In this document: positions 40,384-51,959 of the stretch, one piece after another
Layout: each line of letters begins with the position of its first letter
Position numbering within the stretch: the stretch's first letter is position 1
Source: Escherichia coli 042
GTDB lineage: Bacteria; Pseudomonadota; Gammaproteobacteria; Enterobacterales; Enterobacteriaceae
Reading direction: 5' to 3' (one strand)
Length of the DNA stretch: 64,000 nt
Assembly (NCBI RefSeq): GCF_000027125.1
Contig: NC_017626.1
Translations under genes and position numbers: made by a program
The notes under the pieces: model-generated
Databases searched by the model: none
What the model saw: the letters and a program-made list of their open reading frames with translations, nothing else
Told to the model about the DNA's origin: nothing

Positions 40384-41976
40384 GTGTTAGTTTCCAGTAA
40401 CGTCACCATGCAGTTCGGCAGTAAGCCGTTGTTTGAAAACATTTCCGTCAAATTTGGCGGCGGCAACCGTTACGGCCTGATTGGCGCGAACGGTAGTGGT
40501 AAATCCACCTTTATGAAGATCCTCGGCGGCGACTTAGAGCCGACGTTGGGTAACGTTTCCCTCGATCCCAACGAGCGCATTGGTAAGCTGCGTCAGGATC
40601 AGTTTGCCTTTGAAGAGTTCACTGTGCTGGATACGGTGATCATGGGGCATAAAGAATTGTGGGAAGTGAAGCAGGAGCGTGACCGCATCTATGCTTTGCC
40701 GGAAATGAGTGAGGAAGACGGCTATAAAGTGGCCGATCTGGAAGTGAAATACGGCGAAATGGACGGTTACTCTGCGGAAGCTCGCGCCGGTGAACTGTTG
40801 CTTGGCGTGGGAATTCCAGTGGAACAGCACTACGGCCCGATGAGTGAAGTTGCTCCTGGCTGGAAGCTGCGTGTGCTGCTGGCGCAGGCGCTGTTTGCTG
40901 ATCCGGACATTCTCCTGCTCGACGAACCGACCAACAACCTCGACATCGACACCATTCGCTGGCTGGAACAGGTGCTGAACGAGCGTGACAGCACCATGAT
41001 CATCATCTCGCACGACCGTCACTTCCTTAACATGGTTTGTACCCACATGGCGGATCTGGATTACGGCGAGCTCCGCGTTTATCCAGGTAACTACGATGAG
41101 TACATGACGGCGGCGACCCAGGCGCGTGAGCGTCTGCTGGCTGATAACGCCAAGAAGAAAGCGCAGATTGCTGAGCTGCAATCTTTCGTTAGCCGCTTTA
41201 GCGCCAACGCCTCGAAATCTCGCCAGGCAACTTCGCGCGCGCGCCAGATTGATAAAATCAAACTGGAAGAGGTGAAAGCCTCCAGCCGTCAGAACCCGTT
41301 CATCCGTTTTGAACAGGATAAGAAACTGTTCCGTAACGCGCTGGAAGTGGAAGGTCTGACCAAAGGGTTTGATAACGGTCCGCTGTTTAAAAATCTCAAC
41401 CTGCTGCTGGAAGTCGGTGAAAAACTGGCGGTACTGGGTACCAACGGCGTCGGTAAATCAACGCTGCTGAAAACGCTGGTGGGCGATCTGCAACCGGACA
41501 GCGGCACCGTAAAATGGTCTGAGAACGCGCGCATTGGTTACTACGCCCAGGACCATGAATATGAGTTCGAAAATGATCTGACCGTGTTCGAATGGATGAG
41601 CCAGTGGAAGCAGGAAGGCGATGACGAGCAGGCGGTACGCAGCATTCTCGGTCGTTTACTGTTCAGCCAGGACGACATCAAAAAGCCAGCGAAAGTGCTT
41701 TCCGGTGGGGAGAAAGGGCGGATGCTGTTTGGTAAGTTAATGATGCAGAAGCCGAACATTCTGATCATGGACGAACCAACCAACCACCTGGATATGGAAT
41801 CTATTGAGTCGCTGAACATGGCGCTGGAACTGTATCAGGGCACGCTGATCTTTGTTTCACACGACCGTGAGTTTGTAAGCTCCCTGGCGACCCGTATTCT
41901 GGAAATCACCCCGGAACGCGTGATCGACTTTAGCGGTAATTACGAAGATTACCTGCGTAGTAAAGGGATCGAGTAA
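40384..41976 (+). CDS. ybiT: ABC-F family ATPase YbiT
   Basis: 530 aa; two Walker A motifs ([18 protein letters not shown]), no TM domain. Confidence 0.95.
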
Positions 41977-42020
41977 GTTATTATCAGTAGCCCTGATATG
42001 GTCAGGGCTACTGAAACTGA

Positions 42021-42164
42021 TGACAAATGCAAAATTGCCTGATGCGCTACGCTTATCAGGCCTGGCAGTACCTGTAATATATTGAATCTGCTGGACTTTG
42101 TAGGCCAGATAAGGCGTTAACACCGCATCAGGCATTAACAAAGCGCACTTGTCAGCAATCTGAG
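42021..42164. repeat. BIME (inverted REP pair) between ybiT and ybiU
   Basis: gcctgatgcgctacgcttatcaggcctg and gtaggccagataaggcgttaacaccgcatcaggcat; near-copy of 16781-16926. Confidence 0.65.
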
Positions 42165-42215
42165 TAACGTCGAATCGATTTTCTTAATCCCACATCAATT
42201 CACTTCCATTAACTC

Positions 42216-43475
42216 TCAAACATCCATGCCCAACGCTCGCTTACCGTGAATGTTGAGGTCGGCAAGCGTAAAGCGTCCTTCCCAGTTTGTTTCATAGTCC
42301 TCGCGCGGGAAGTCGCCCGGCGATGCGCCTTTTTCCAGTGCCATTTTGACTTTGTGTGCATAAGCCCGATTTTTCTCGCACATTGGCGCAGCAGGGATAT
42401 ACATCACGTTGCCCCAACCCTGTTGATTGTCTACTGGCGCGACGGAGTGAATCACATCGCAGTGCCACCAGACGGAATCCCCTGCTGTTATCGCGGGAAT
42501 GGAAGTCAGCGCTTTAAGCAGTAGTGGATGCCATTTCTCTGAAATGGGCAGAACTTTGCCAGGTGCAACCCCGCACAGTTCATCGTCCGGTACGTCATCC
42601 AGCAGCGGGCGCAATAAAACATACGCCATCGCTTCCGGGATAGGCACCACATGTAACAATCCCTGACCCGATAACATATCAGAGAGCGCCGTCCAGCCTT
42701 GAAACGTGCGGAACACCGAACATTTGGTAGTGTTATCTACCGTGTACTCTTCGACTTCGGTCCGGTGTGTAGCATCCCAGGGATCGTAATCATCGAAATT
42801 ACCATTAAACACATTGGCAAAAACGCGCTGATAAGCGGGTAATAACCACCGTTCCAGCGCACCAGAATCGGTATGTGCGCCCAGGCCTTTAGATGTGGTA
42901 CCTGGAGGGCGGCGGCGGATCCTGTCTGGATAAATTACACTGATATCAGGATCAAACCACTGTTTGCCGTTGCTTTCAGACGTCCACAGTCGGTTTAGAA
43001 AAGATTGCACAGCAGCCATATTTTCGCTCTGCCGCGCCTGCATCTGTGCTTGCGACCAGTAAATGGGATAGATTTCGGGACGAGAAGCCTCCAGCGAGCC
43101 GAAAAAACTGTCGCCAGGGCCTTTATAAACATCATCAAAATGATTGATATCAAGATAATCGAGCATGGCACGATCCCACGCCAGCGCCTGCTCGCGAGGG
43201 AAATGGCCTTTTATGACTGCACAGCCGCGACGCTTAATTTCATTGCGAGTGGCATCGCTTACTGTACCTGCGGCAATATCACTATAAGAAACTTCCGGCC
43301 AAACCGGCAGCCATTGCGCTTTTAGGGCATCGATTTCAGCAACACGCGTTTCGATTTTTGCAGAGAGTGTATCGAAAACCTGTTGCACATCACCGAGCTG
43401 TTCCCGCAGCGCAGCTTTCATCTCTCGGATAGCCGCTTTCGCATCTGTGGGCAGCGTCTCACAGGAAAAAGTCAT
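42216..43475 (-). CDS. ybiU: DUF1479 family protein YbiU
   Basis: 419 aa ORF; I recall K-12 YbiU as about 421 aa, so the start is approximate. Confidence 0.88.
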   Translation of the reverse strand: MTFSCETLPTDAKAAIREMKAALREQLGDVQQVFDTLSAKIETRVAEIDALKAQWLPVWPEVSYSDIAAGTVSDATRNEIKRRGCAVIKGHFPREQALAWDRAMLDYLDINHFDDVYKGPGDSFFGSLEASRPEIYPIYWSQAQMQARQSENMAAVQSFLNRLWTSESNGKQWFDPDISVIYPDRIRRRPPGTTSKGLGAHTDSGALERWLLPAYQRVFANVFNGNFDDYDPWDATHRTEVEEYTVDNTTKCSVFRTFQGWTALSDMLSGQGLLHVVPIPEAMAYVLLRPLLDDVPDDELCGVAPGKVLPISEKWHPLLLKALTSIPAITAGDSVWWHCDVIHSVAPVDNQQGWGNVMYIPAAPMCEKNRAYAHKVKMALEKGASPGDFPREDYETNWEGRFTLADLNIHGKRALGMDV

Positions 43476-43626
43476 ATCAACCTCGCATCTTTCATTCGGA
43501 AGTAAAATGATTACGATTGATACATTAAGTTAAAAATAAGTTAACGCAAGATAAAAATCTTGAGTCAGTGCACAAAGCGAGCAAAAAGGAGAGAGGCCGA
43601 AGTGGTCACTTCGGCCAGGGGGAAGA

Positions 43627-44442
43627 TCAACTATTGAAAGGAGCGATATTATCCAGCACCGCCTGAATCACATTCAGCGCGCCTTCATGATTATTATCAT
43701 CGGTAGCGTAACGGGCGATTTGTTTAATGTTTTCCGCAGCATTGCCCATCGCAAAGGAATAACGCGCCATTTTCAGCATCTCCGCATCGTTACCGCTGTC
43801 GCCAATCGCTACCACATTTTGCGGTGACAGATCCCAGCGTTTCAGTAACCGCGAAATACCGTTTGCTTTATGTAGACCGGGAATAATCAGGTCGATAAAG
43901 CCAAAACCACTGGTGACGGGTTTCATAATGCCGTCGAGCGCTACGTGCAGTTTGTCGATCACTAACGGGATTTGTTCATCCGGCAGGTTGAGCGAAAACT
44001 TGAACAGTACGTCGTCAATCTCCTGATAATCTTTTACAGGTTTCAGGCGATGGTAGTGTTTTGCCATCAGTGCGACAAATGCTTCGGGGGCATTTTCGCT
44101 GACATATGCACTTTGCAGACCGCAGGCGACAAAATTGAGTTGCTTATCTTTTAGCAACTCGCCAATAACAATCCGCGATTCATGTCGGGTCAGTTCGCCG
44201 TGGAACAACTGCTTGCCATGTTCGTAAACCAGTGCGCCGTTTTCCGCGACAAAAGAGATCTCATCCTTTAGCTCAGGAAAGAACGAAATAAGCTGGTAAT
44301 ACTGATTACCGCTGGCGACAACGAACTCAATGCCGCGCTTTTTCAGTTCCTGATATTGCGCCATAAAACGTGGTTGGTTGTACGTTTTGGCGTCGTTAAG
44401 AAAAGTACCGTCCATGTCTGTGACGATAACTTTTACGCTCAT
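43627..44442 (-). CDS. ybiV: HAD-family sugar phosphatase YbiV
   Basis: 271 aa; N-terminal DxD motif (VTDMDGT). Confidence 0.93.
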   Translation of the reverse strand: MSVKVIVTDMDGTFLNDAKTYNQPRFMAQYQELKKRGIEFVVASGNQYYQLISFFPELKDEISFVAENGALVYEHGKQLFHGELTRHESRIVIGELLKDKQLNFVACGLQSAYVSENAPEAFVALMAKHYHRLKPVKDYQEIDDVLFKFSLNLPDEQIPLVIDKLHVALDGIMKPVTSGFGFIDLIIPGLHKANGISRLLKRWDLSPQNVVAIGDSGNDAEMLKMARYSFAMGNAAENIKQIARYATDDNNHEGALNVIQAVLDNIAPFNS

Positions 44443-44587
44443 AGGTGTGCTCCTGGCTCGAAAATGAAACCGTAACAGTGTAATAACAATGTGACGCAGA
44501 GCACAAATTATATTTCGAATGAAAGCGAGGCTGAAATTGATGATGTGAATGATTTAGCCCGGCGACGACGCCGCCGGGCTGAGGAGA

Positions 44588-47020
44588 TTACAGCATATGT
44601 TCAGTACGGGCGATGATATCGTCCTGAGCGTCTGGAGAGAGCGCGGTGAAGAAGGCGGAATAGCCCGCGACACGCACTACCAGATCGCGGTACTGATCCG
44701 GATGTTTTTTCGCTTCCAGCAGCGTTTCGCGGGAAACGATGTTGTACTGAATATGCCAACCTTTATGCACCTCGAAGAAGGTGCGCAGCAGGATCATCAG
44801 TTTCTGCTTGTCAGATTCGTTCTCCAGCGTTGCTGGATTCAGTTTCTGGTTGAGCAGCACGCCGCCGAGAATCGCTGCCGTAGGCAGTTTACCCACCGAG
44901 CCAATGACCGCAGTAGGGCCAAGATGATCAGTACCGGAAGCCGGGCTTGCGCCTTCTGCCAGCGGGGTATGCGCTTTACGCCCGTCCGGCGTTGCCATAG
45001 TTTGCGCGCCAAACGGTACGTTAGCGGAGATAGACGACGTACCCGCGTAATAATTGCCGCCAACCGGACCACGACCGTAGCGCGGGTTATGGTACTGTTT
45101 CAGTTCGTCGATATAGGTCTGATAAGCGCGAGCCAGCAGCGTATCGACGGTATCATCGTCGTTGCCGTACTTCGGCGCACCGTTAATCAGCCGCTGACGC
45201 AGTTGCTCATGAGTCAGGCCATCGAAGTCATCCGCCAGTGCGGCAGCCAGCTGTTGCTGACCAATCGCGCCCTGTTCAAATACCAGTTTCTTCACTGCCG
45301 CCAGGCTGTTGCCGAGGTTGGCAATGCCAACCTGCAGGCCAGAAACCCAGTCATATTTCGCGCCGCCTTGCTTGATACTTTTCGCTCGCTCAATACAGTC
45401 ATCCACCAGCGCCGAGCAGAGAATATCGTGTACGTTCTCTTCCAGCATGGTGTCGACGACATACTCAATTTCGATTGATTTGCGGGTGTAGTAACGGATT
45501 TGCGTATCCCACGCGTCCATCACTTCATCGAAGTTGTTGAAGTTACCTGCCGACAACGCTTTTTCTTGTGGCAGGAACACTTTGCCGCTGGTGGCATCAC
45601 GACCGCCTTCCAGCGCCGCCAGCATCACACGGGCGAAGTTGATAAAGCTCATGCCGGTACAGCGATAGCCCCATTTGCCACCGACGGCGGTTTCGATACA
45701 ACCAATCGCTGCATAGTCGTAAGCGTCCTGCGGTTCAATACCGAGTTTAATAAATTCCGGGATCACGATTTCGTCGTTGTTGAACGCTGGCATCCCGAAG
45801 CCGCAACGGATCACCTGTACGCAGGCGTCGAGGAAATCGTTACTCATTCCCGCATGGTAACGTACGCTGAGGTTAGGCTGAGTGGAACGCAGGCGACCGC
45901 AGGATTCAAGGATCGCGTAAGAGAGTGGATTCACCGCGTCCATCGGTTGACCATCAACCAGATTTTGCCCGCCAATGGTGACGTTCTGATACAGCGGACT
46001 TCCCGCAGAGGCTTTCGAGTGCGAGCCGGAGCGGATTTTGTTCACTTCCAGCAGTTTCAACCAGCAGCTATGCAGCATCTCGATGGCGTGTTCGCGATCC
46101 AGCGTCTGGTTGAGTTCAACGTCGCGACGATAATACGGGTACAGATACTGGTCCATACGACCAAAAGATACTGAGTGACCGTTAGATTCGATCTGCAAAA
46201 TCAACTGGATGAAGTAACACAGTTGCAGCGCCTGCCAGAAAGTCTGCGGCGGCTGGTGGGCGATAAGATCACAGTTTTCTGCCATCGCCAGCAGTTCATC
46301 GCGACGGCTTTCGCGGGTTTCGGTCGCGGCCATTTCACGCGTCAGGGCAGCGAAACGTTCAATGTGTTCACTGACTGCCACCAGCACGATATCAATCGCT
46401 TTCAGGAATTGCTCACCGTGTAAATCTTCCAGCACCGTCAGGTTGATGCGCGAGCGACGTTCCGCTACTTTCTCGCGCAGACCATCAAGCCCTTTTTCCA
46501 GCAGCAGCGGGAAATTGACCGCCAGGTGCGCATCGCCGGAGGTCATATTGCCTTCCGCTTTAATGATGCCGGTCGCCAGCAGACCTTTTTGCTCATCGGT
46601 AAACATGCCGTAGCAGCGATCCTGTACGGTCTGACCGCGCCACCACGGGCACACTTCATGCAGAACGCGTTTGTTCTCTTCGCTCACCGCAAAGCCAGCA
46701 CCGGGACGATCTGCCAGATCATCAATCTCTTTTTCGATCCAGGAGACGGTATATTCCGGGAAGATCGGCGCGGCGCGAACTTCGCTTGCCTGGTTGCCAA
46801 TGATCAACTCATCGTGCTTGATCCAGATAGTGCGATTCGCCAGATGATGCGCCAGTGCCAGCGCGCGACGTACCGGGATCGGCTTATCGAGATGTTGTTG
46901 ATACATCTCGGTATAGTGCTGCGCGCGCTCGGTACAGACTGGCGGTTTCACAATATGTACCAGCGCATTTTTGTGCGCTTTAATGCGGTCGCTGAGCGTG
47001 TCCAGTTTCAGTGTGGTCAT
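44588..47020 (-). CDS. ybiW: Glycyl-radical enzyme YbiW (PflF, pyruvate formate-lyase-like)
   Basis: 810 aa; C-terminal glycyl-radical signature RVAGYSAFF. Confidence 0.95.
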   Translation of the reverse strand: MTTLKLDTLSDRIKAHKNALVHIVKPPVCTERAQHYTEMYQQHLDKPIPVRRALALAHHLANRTIWIKHDELIIGNQASEVRAAPIFPEYTVSWIEKEIDDLADRPGAGFAVSEENKRVLHEVCPWWRGQTVQDRCYGMFTDEQKGLLATGIIKAEGNMTSGDAHLAVNFPLLLEKGLDGLREKVAERRSRINLTVLEDLHGEQFLKAIDIVLVAVSEHIERFAALTREMAATETRESRRDELLAMAENCDLIAHQPPQTFWQALQLCYFIQLILQIESNGHSVSFGRMDQYLYPYYRRDVELNQTLDREHAIEMLHSCWLKLLEVNKIRSGSHSKASAGSPLYQNVTIGGQNLVDGQPMDAVNPLSYAILESCGRLRSTQPNLSVRYHAGMSNDFLDACVQVIRCGFGMPAFNNDEIVIPEFIKLGIEPQDAYDYAAIGCIETAVGGKWGYRCTGMSFINFARVMLAALEGGRDATSGKVFLPQEKALSAGNFNNFDEVMDAWDTQIRYYTRKSIEIEYVVDTMLEENVHDILCSALVDDCIERAKSIKQGGAKYDWVSGLQVGIANLGNSLAAVKKLVFEQGAIGQQQLAAALADDFDGLTHEQLRQRLINGAPKYGNDDDTVDTLLARAYQTYIDELKQYHNPRYGRGPVGGNYYAGTSSISANVPFGAQTMATPDGRKAHTPLAEGASPASGTDHLGPTAVIGSVGKLPTAAILGGVLLNQKLNPATLENESDKQKLMILLRTFFEVHKGWHIQYNIVSRETLLEAKKHPDQYRDLVVRVAGYSAFFTALSPDAQDDIIARTEHML

Positions 47021-47025
47021 GGTTG

Positions 47026-47952
47026 TTATCCTCGTAAGGTCGCGGTTAACCCTTTCTGGCAGGCATACTGCTGGGCAAAGTCGAGCAGTTCTGGCGCATC
47101 AAGCGGTTTTTCCGGGGCGTCATAGGGCAGATTAAGTAAGTGATATTTGTTGATGCCCAGCGTGTGGTAGGGCAGGAAATGAATTTCGCTAACGTGCAGC
47201 TCGTCGGCGGCAAAATCGGTAATGGCTTTCACAGAGGTTTCGTCGGCATTAAAGCCCTGAATCAGTGGCACGCGGATAATGATTTTTTTGCCCGCTGCGG
47301 CGAGTTTTTTCAGGTTATCCAGCACTCTGGCGGCGTTACCGTCGGTCCACTGTTTAAACGGCGCGTCGGCAACGTGTTTTAAATCGGCAAGAAACAGATC
47401 GATATAGGGCAGAGAAGGGGCGATATATTTCCACGGCACATGCAGACAGGTTTCTACCGCAGTATGAATGCCGGCCTCGTGGCTGGCTTGCAGCAGCGCC
47501 GTCGCCATTTCCGGCTGCATAAAGGGTTCTCCGCCAGAAAGTGTTAAGCCGCCGCCGCTGCGATCGTAAAACGGTTTATCCCGCAAAACGGTCGCCATGA
47601 TCTCCTCAACGCTTTTCACTTCACCACACACGGTTAATGCCTGTGTCGGGCAGCAGTCGGTTAGCGCCGTAAAATGCTCCGGGGTTAACTTTTCTCGATG
47701 AATAAGCAAACCATTCAACGCACGCTCAATCACTTCCGGTGCGGTCCTAGCGCACAGCTCACAGCCTTCCAGACAGAGTCGTGGGTCATACAGCAGATCC
47801 TGCGTGCGGGCGCGGCTTTCCGGGTTCTGACACCAGCGGCAGCCCAGCGAACAGCCTTTAAGAAATACGACCGTGCGGATACCGGGGCCATCATGGGTCG
47901 AGTAGCGCTGAATATTGAAAATCATAGTTGCCTCTCTGTTTCGTTCAAGCAT
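47026..47952 (-). CDS. ybiY: Glycyl-radical enzyme activating protein YbiY (PflE, radical SAM)
   Basis: CxxxCxxC cluster (CSLGCRWC); start is either 47952 or the internal ATG at 47925 (299 aa). Confidence 0.9.
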   Translation of the reverse strand: MLERNREATMIFNIQRYSTHDGPGIRTVVFLKGCSLGCRWCQNPESRARTQDLLYDPRLCLEGCELCARTAPEVIERALNGLLIHREKLTPEHFTALTDCCPTQALTVCGEVKSVEEIMATVLRDKPFYDRSGGGLTLSGGEPFMQPEMATALLQASHEAGIHTAVETCLHVPWKYIAPSLPYIDLFLADLKHVADAPFKQWTDGNAARVLDNLKKLAAAGKKIIIRVPLIQGFNADETSVKAITDFAADELHVSEIHFLPYHTLGINKYHLLNLPYDAPEKPLDAPELLDFAQQYACQKGLTATLRG

Positions 47953-48055
47953 TAAAATACTTTCGAATGAAAGTTAGATTGATGTGCGTCAACTGTTCAG
48001 AGAGTTTTCCCGTGATAGTCTACATTCAGACAAAAAGTGCATTTTGAGGATGGTT

Positions 48056-48718
48056 ATGGAACTGTATCTGGATACTTCAGACGTTGTTGCGGTGAAGGCG
48101 CTGTCACGTATGTTTCCGCTGGCGGGTGTGACCACTAACCCAAGCATTATCGCCGCGGGTAAAAAACCGCTGGAGGTTGTGCTTCCGGAACTTCATGAAG
48201 CGATGGGCGGTCAGGGGCGTCTGTTTGCCCAGGTAATGGCTACCACTGCTGAAGGGATGGTGAATGACGCACGTAAATTGCGTTCTATTATTGCGGATAT
48301 CGTGGTGAAAGTTCCGGTGACCGCCGAGGGGCTGGCAGCTATTAAGATGTTAAAAGCGGAAGGGATTCCGACGCTGGGAACCGCGGTATATGGCGCAGCA
48401 CAAGGGCTGCTGTCGGCGCTGGCAGGTGCGGAATATGTTGCGCCTTACGTTAATCGTATTGATGCTCAGGGCGGTAGCGGTATTCAGACTGTGACCGACT
48501 TACACCAGTTATTGAAAATGCATGCGCCGCAGGCGAAAGTGTTAGCCGCGAGTTTCAAAACCCCGCGTCAGGCGCTGGACTGCTTACTGGCAGGGTGTGA
48601 ATCAATTACTCTGCCGCTGGATGTGGCACAACAGATGATTAGCTATCCGGCGGTTGATGCCGCTGTGGCGAAGTTTGAGCAGGACTGGCAGGGAGCGTTT
48701 AGCAGAACGTCGATTTAA
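48056..48718 (+). CDS. fsaA: Fructose-6-phosphate aldolase 1
   Basis: 220 aa from ATG 48056 (MELYLDTSD...) with GAGG RBS; the ORF-track start at 47984 is an extension. Confidence 0.95.
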   Translation: MELYLDTSDVVAVKALSRMFPLAGVTTNPSIIAAGKKPLEVVLPELHEAMGGQGRLFAQVMATTAEGMVNDARKLRSIIADIVVKVPVTAEGLAAIKMLKAEGIPTLGTAVYGAAQGLLSALAGAEYVAPYVNRIDAQGGSGIQTVTDLHQLLKMHAPQAKVLAASFKTPRQALDCLLAGCESITLPLDVAQQMISYPAVDAAVAKFEQDWQGAFSRTSI

Positions 48719-48749
48719 CCGGACGTTCTGCATCCTCATAAATTGCTGA

Positions 48750-48800
48750 TGACGTGGCGGAGTGCACCGATGCCTGCCACGTCTTATCAGGCCTGGAGGT
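48750..48800. repeat. REP-like element between fsaA and moeB
   Basis: gatgacgtggcggagtgcaccgatgcctgccacgtcttatcaggcctgg imperfect palindrome. Confidence 0.4.
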
Positions 48801-48805
48801 GGCAA

Positions 48806-49555
48806 TTACTGCCCGCACACCTCACACCCCGGATTGCGCATCAGTTTCATTTCACGAAACTGACAGGTCATCGCATCGTACATGACGATTTTCCCGCTGG
48901 CCGGTTTGCCATAACCTGCCAGCAGTTTGATCGCTTCCATTGCCTGCAACGAACCAATTACGCCGATCAACGGTGCCATCACGCCTGCTTCTACGCAGGT
49001 TAACGCGTTCTCGCCAAACAAACGGCTAAGGCAGCGATAGCAAGGCTCGCCGTCCTGATAAGTGAAGACCGTGATTTGACCTTCCATACGAATTGCCGCG
49101 CCGGAAACCAGCGGCACCTTCGCGGCAAAACAGCCTGCGTTCAGTTGATTGCGCACCGCAACGTTATCCGTACAGTCGAGCACCAGATCGTGTTCAGCAA
49201 TCAATGCTGCAAGTTCTGCGTCATCCAGCAGTGCATTGACTGGCGTAATCGCGATATGTGGGTTGATCCGCGTCAGGGCGTCACGGGCGGATTCCACCTT
49301 CGGTTGCCCGATCGTGGCATCACTGTGCAGCGTCTGGCGTTGCAGATTCGAGAGCGAAACCGTGTCGAAGTCGAGCAGCGTCAGGTTGCCGACACCGGCG
49401 CTTGCCAGATACTGCGAAGCTGCACAGCCGAGTCCACCGAGGCCGACGATCAGCACACGAGAATCTTTTAGCGCCTCCTGACCGTCAAAATCAAAACCGC
49501 GCAGAATGATTTGCCGGTTGTAGCGCAGCATCTCCTGATCGCTGAGTTCCGCCAT
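48806..49555 (-). CDS. moeB: Molybdopterin-synthase adenylyltransferase MoeB
   Basis: 249 aa; Gly-rich nucleotide fold GLGGLG and CxxC zinc motifs. Confidence 0.96.
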   Translation of the reverse strand: MAELSDQEMLRYNRQIILRGFDFDGQEALKDSRVLIVGLGGLGCAASQYLASAGVGNLTLLDFDTVSLSNLQRQTLHSDATIGQPKVESARDALTRINPHIAITPVNALLDDAELAALIAEHDLVLDCTDNVAVRNQLNAGCFAAKVPLVSGAAIRMEGQITVFTYQDGEPCYRCLSRLFGENALTCVEAGVMAPLIGVIGSLQAMEAIKLLAGYGKPASGKIVMYDAMTCQFREMKLMRNPGCEVCGQ

Positions 49556-50790
49556 TACAGGCCTCCGAACAACGCGTTAAACGGTTCTACTTCCACCCAT
49601 TCGCCCACTTCCACATTGCCGCGCTCGCGCTCCAGTACGATAAAGCAGTTGCCGAGACTAAAAGAACTAAAAATATGTGAACCCTGATGCCCGGTGGTGG
49701 TAACTTCCAGCTCACCATCGGCGTTGCGTTGCAGCACGCCGCGCTGGAAATCAAGGCGTCCTGGCGATTTCTTCAGAGGCGATGCCGTGCGCACACGCTG
49801 GCGCGCGGGCAGGCCGCTGGCGTTATTGCCGCTTAGTTTTGCCAGCAAAGGCTGTACCAGTTGATAGAAGGTCAGCGTTGCTGAAACCGGGTTGCCCGGC
49901 AGGCCGCAGAACCAACTATTGCTGAGTTTTCCAAACGCGAACGGTTTACCCGGTTTAATCGCCAGCTTCCAGAAGGCGATCTCCCCCAGCTCTTCAAGAA
50001 TGGTTTTGGTGTAATCCGCTTCACCCACTGAAACACCGCCGGAACTGATCACCACATCCGCCTGGCTGTCGGCTTCAATAAAAGCGGCGCGCAGGGCATG
50101 GGGATCGTCGCGGATAATCCCTAAGTTGATTACCTCGCATCCCAGCTGTTCTAACATCAGGTGTACGGCGAGACGGTTGGTATCGTAGATTTGGCCGTCG
50201 CCCAGCGGCTGGCCTGGCAACTGGAGTTCATCACCGGTAGAAAAAAGCGCTACACGCACTTTACGAATCACCGGAACTTCGGCAATCCCTAGCGAAGCAA
50301 TCACTGGCAGTTCAGCGGTAGTCACGCGAGTCCCCGCCGGGAAAACAACCGCACCTGCAGAGATATCTTCACCGCGACGGCGAATATTTTGCCCGCTACG
50401 CACTTCAGCAGTAAAACGCACGCCAGCGTCAGTCTGTTCGGTCTGTTCCTGCATCACCACCGCTTCGCAGCCTTCCGGCACCGGCGCACCGGTCATAATA
50501 CGAATGCAGGTACCCGCAGGCCATTCACCATGGTACGGCTGACCGGCAAAGGATTTACCGGCAACGGGCAGCGGTTGCCCGGAGGCAATATCGGCTAAAC
50601 GCACCGCGTAGCCGTCCATAGCGGAGTTATCAAACCCCGGGACATCCAGTGGCGAAACGACATCGCTCGCCAGAATACGACCAAAACACTGTACCAGTGG
50701 CAGCGTTTCCTGGGCGGTCAGTGGGGTAACGCGAGAAAGCATCTCATTAAGCGCGGTGTCGAGCGACATCAATCCGGTGGTAAATTCCAT
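49555..50790 (-). CDS. moeA: Molybdopterin molybdenumtransferase MoeA
   Basis: 411 aa; stop overlaps the moeB start. Confidence 0.96.
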   Translation of the reverse strand: MEFTTGLMSLDTALNEMLSRVTPLTAQETLPLVQCFGRILASDVVSPLDVPGFDNSAMDGYAVRLADIASGQPLPVAGKSFAGQPYHGEWPAGTCIRIMTGAPVPEGCEAVVMQEQTEQTDAGVRFTAEVRSGQNIRRRGEDISAGAVVFPAGTRVTTAELPVIASLGIAEVPVIRKVRVALFSTGDELQLPGQPLGDGQIYDTNRLAVHLMLEQLGCEVINLGIIRDDPHALRAAFIEADSQADVVISSGGVSVGEADYTKTILEELGEIAFWKLAIKPGKPFAFGKLSNSWFCGLPGNPVSATLTFYQLVQPLLAKLSGNNASGLPARQRVRTASPLKKSPGRLDFQRGVLQRNADGELEVTTTGHQGSHIFSSFSLGNCFIVLERERGNVEVGEWVEVEPFNALFGGL

Positions 50791-50993
50791 GAAAACACTC
50801 CTGCGGAGGCAAAATCGAATTTGCCTATTATGTCAGAAAAACGCCACAGACTGTATGCTACCTCGGGCGTAGCACTGGCTCCTGCCTTTACATGCCATAT
50901 CCATCTTTCTATATTCAAAAATTGAATGAGTAATTCATAAAAATTCTGATATTTATAGCAAAAGTGGCGAGCCACCCTTAATGGACGAATACT

Positions 50994-51959
50994 ATGGGCA
51001 AAGCAGTCATTGCAATTCATGGCGGCGCAGGTGCAATTAGCCGCGCGCAGATGAGTCTGCAACAGGAATTACGCTACATCGAGGCGCTGTCTGCCATTGT
51101 TGAAACCGGGCAGAAAATGCTGGAAGCGGGCGAAAGTGCGCTGGATGTGGTGACGGAAGCGGTGCGTCTGCTGGAAGAGTGTCCACTGTTTAACGCCGGA
51201 ATTGGCGCTGTCTTTACGCGTGATGAAACCCATGAACTGGACGCCTGTGTGATGGATGGTAACACCCTGAAAGCCGGTGCGGTGGCGGGCGTTAGTCATC
51301 TGCGTAATCCGGTTCTTGCCGCCCGGCTGGTGATGGAGCAAAGCCCGCATGTGATGATGATTGGCGAAGGGGCAGAAAATTTTGCGTTTGCTCATGGCAT
51401 GGAGCGCGTCTCACCGGAGATTTTCTCCACGCCTTTGCGTTATGAACAACTAATGGCAGCGCGTGAGGAAGGGGCAACAGACCTCGACCATAGCGGTGCG
51501 CCACTGGATGAAAAACAGAAAATGGGCACCGTGGGTGCCGTGGCGTTGGATTTAGACGGCAATCTGGCGGCAGCCACGTCCACGGGCGGAATGACCAATA
51601 AATTACCCGGACGAGTTGGCGATAGTCCCTTAGTGGGTGCCGGATGCTACGCCAATAACGCCAGTGTGGCAGTTTCTTGTACCGGCACGGGCGAAGTCTT
51701 CATCCGCGCGCTGGCGGCATATGACATCGCCGCGTTAATGGATTACGGCGGATTAAGTCTCGCGGAAGCCTGCGAGCGGGTAGTAATGGAAAAACTCCCT
51801 GCGCTTGGCGGTAGCGGTGGCTTAATCGCTATCGACCATGAAGGGAATGTCGCGCTACCGTTTAACACCGAAGGAATGTATCGCGCCTGGGGCTACGCAG
51901 GCGATACGCCAACCACCGGTATCTACCGTGAAAAAGGGGACACCGTTGCCACACAGTGA
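50994..51959 (+). CDS. iaaA: Isoaspartyl dipeptidase / L-asparaginase IaaA (Ntn hydrolase)
   Basis: 321 aa; autocleavage/nucleophile region GTVGAVALD. Confidence 0.95.
   Translation: MGKAVIAIHGGAGAISRAQMSLQQELRYIEALSAIVETGQKMLEAGESALDVVTEAVRLLEECPLFNAGIGAVFTRDETHELDACVMDGNTLKAGAVAGVSHLRNPVLAARLVMEQSPHVMMIGEGAENFAFAHGMERVSPEIFSTPLRYEQLMAAREEGATDLDHSGAPLDEKQKMGTVGAVALDLDGNLAAATSTGGMTNKLPGRVGDSPLVGAGCYANNASVAVSCTGTGEVFIRALAAYDIAALMDYGGLSLAEACERVVMEKLPALGGSGGLIAIDHEGNVALPFNTEGMYRAWGYAGDTPTTGIYREKGDTVATQ

Noticed and set aside
40534-41181. 215-aa minus-strand ORF inside ybiT.
   Set aside because: Antisense to the ABC-F ATPase gene; shadow ORF.
44597-46174. Plus-strand ORFs of 293 and 224 aa inside ybiW.
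   Set aside because: Antisense to the glycyl-radical enzyme gene; no independent start signals; shadow ORFs.
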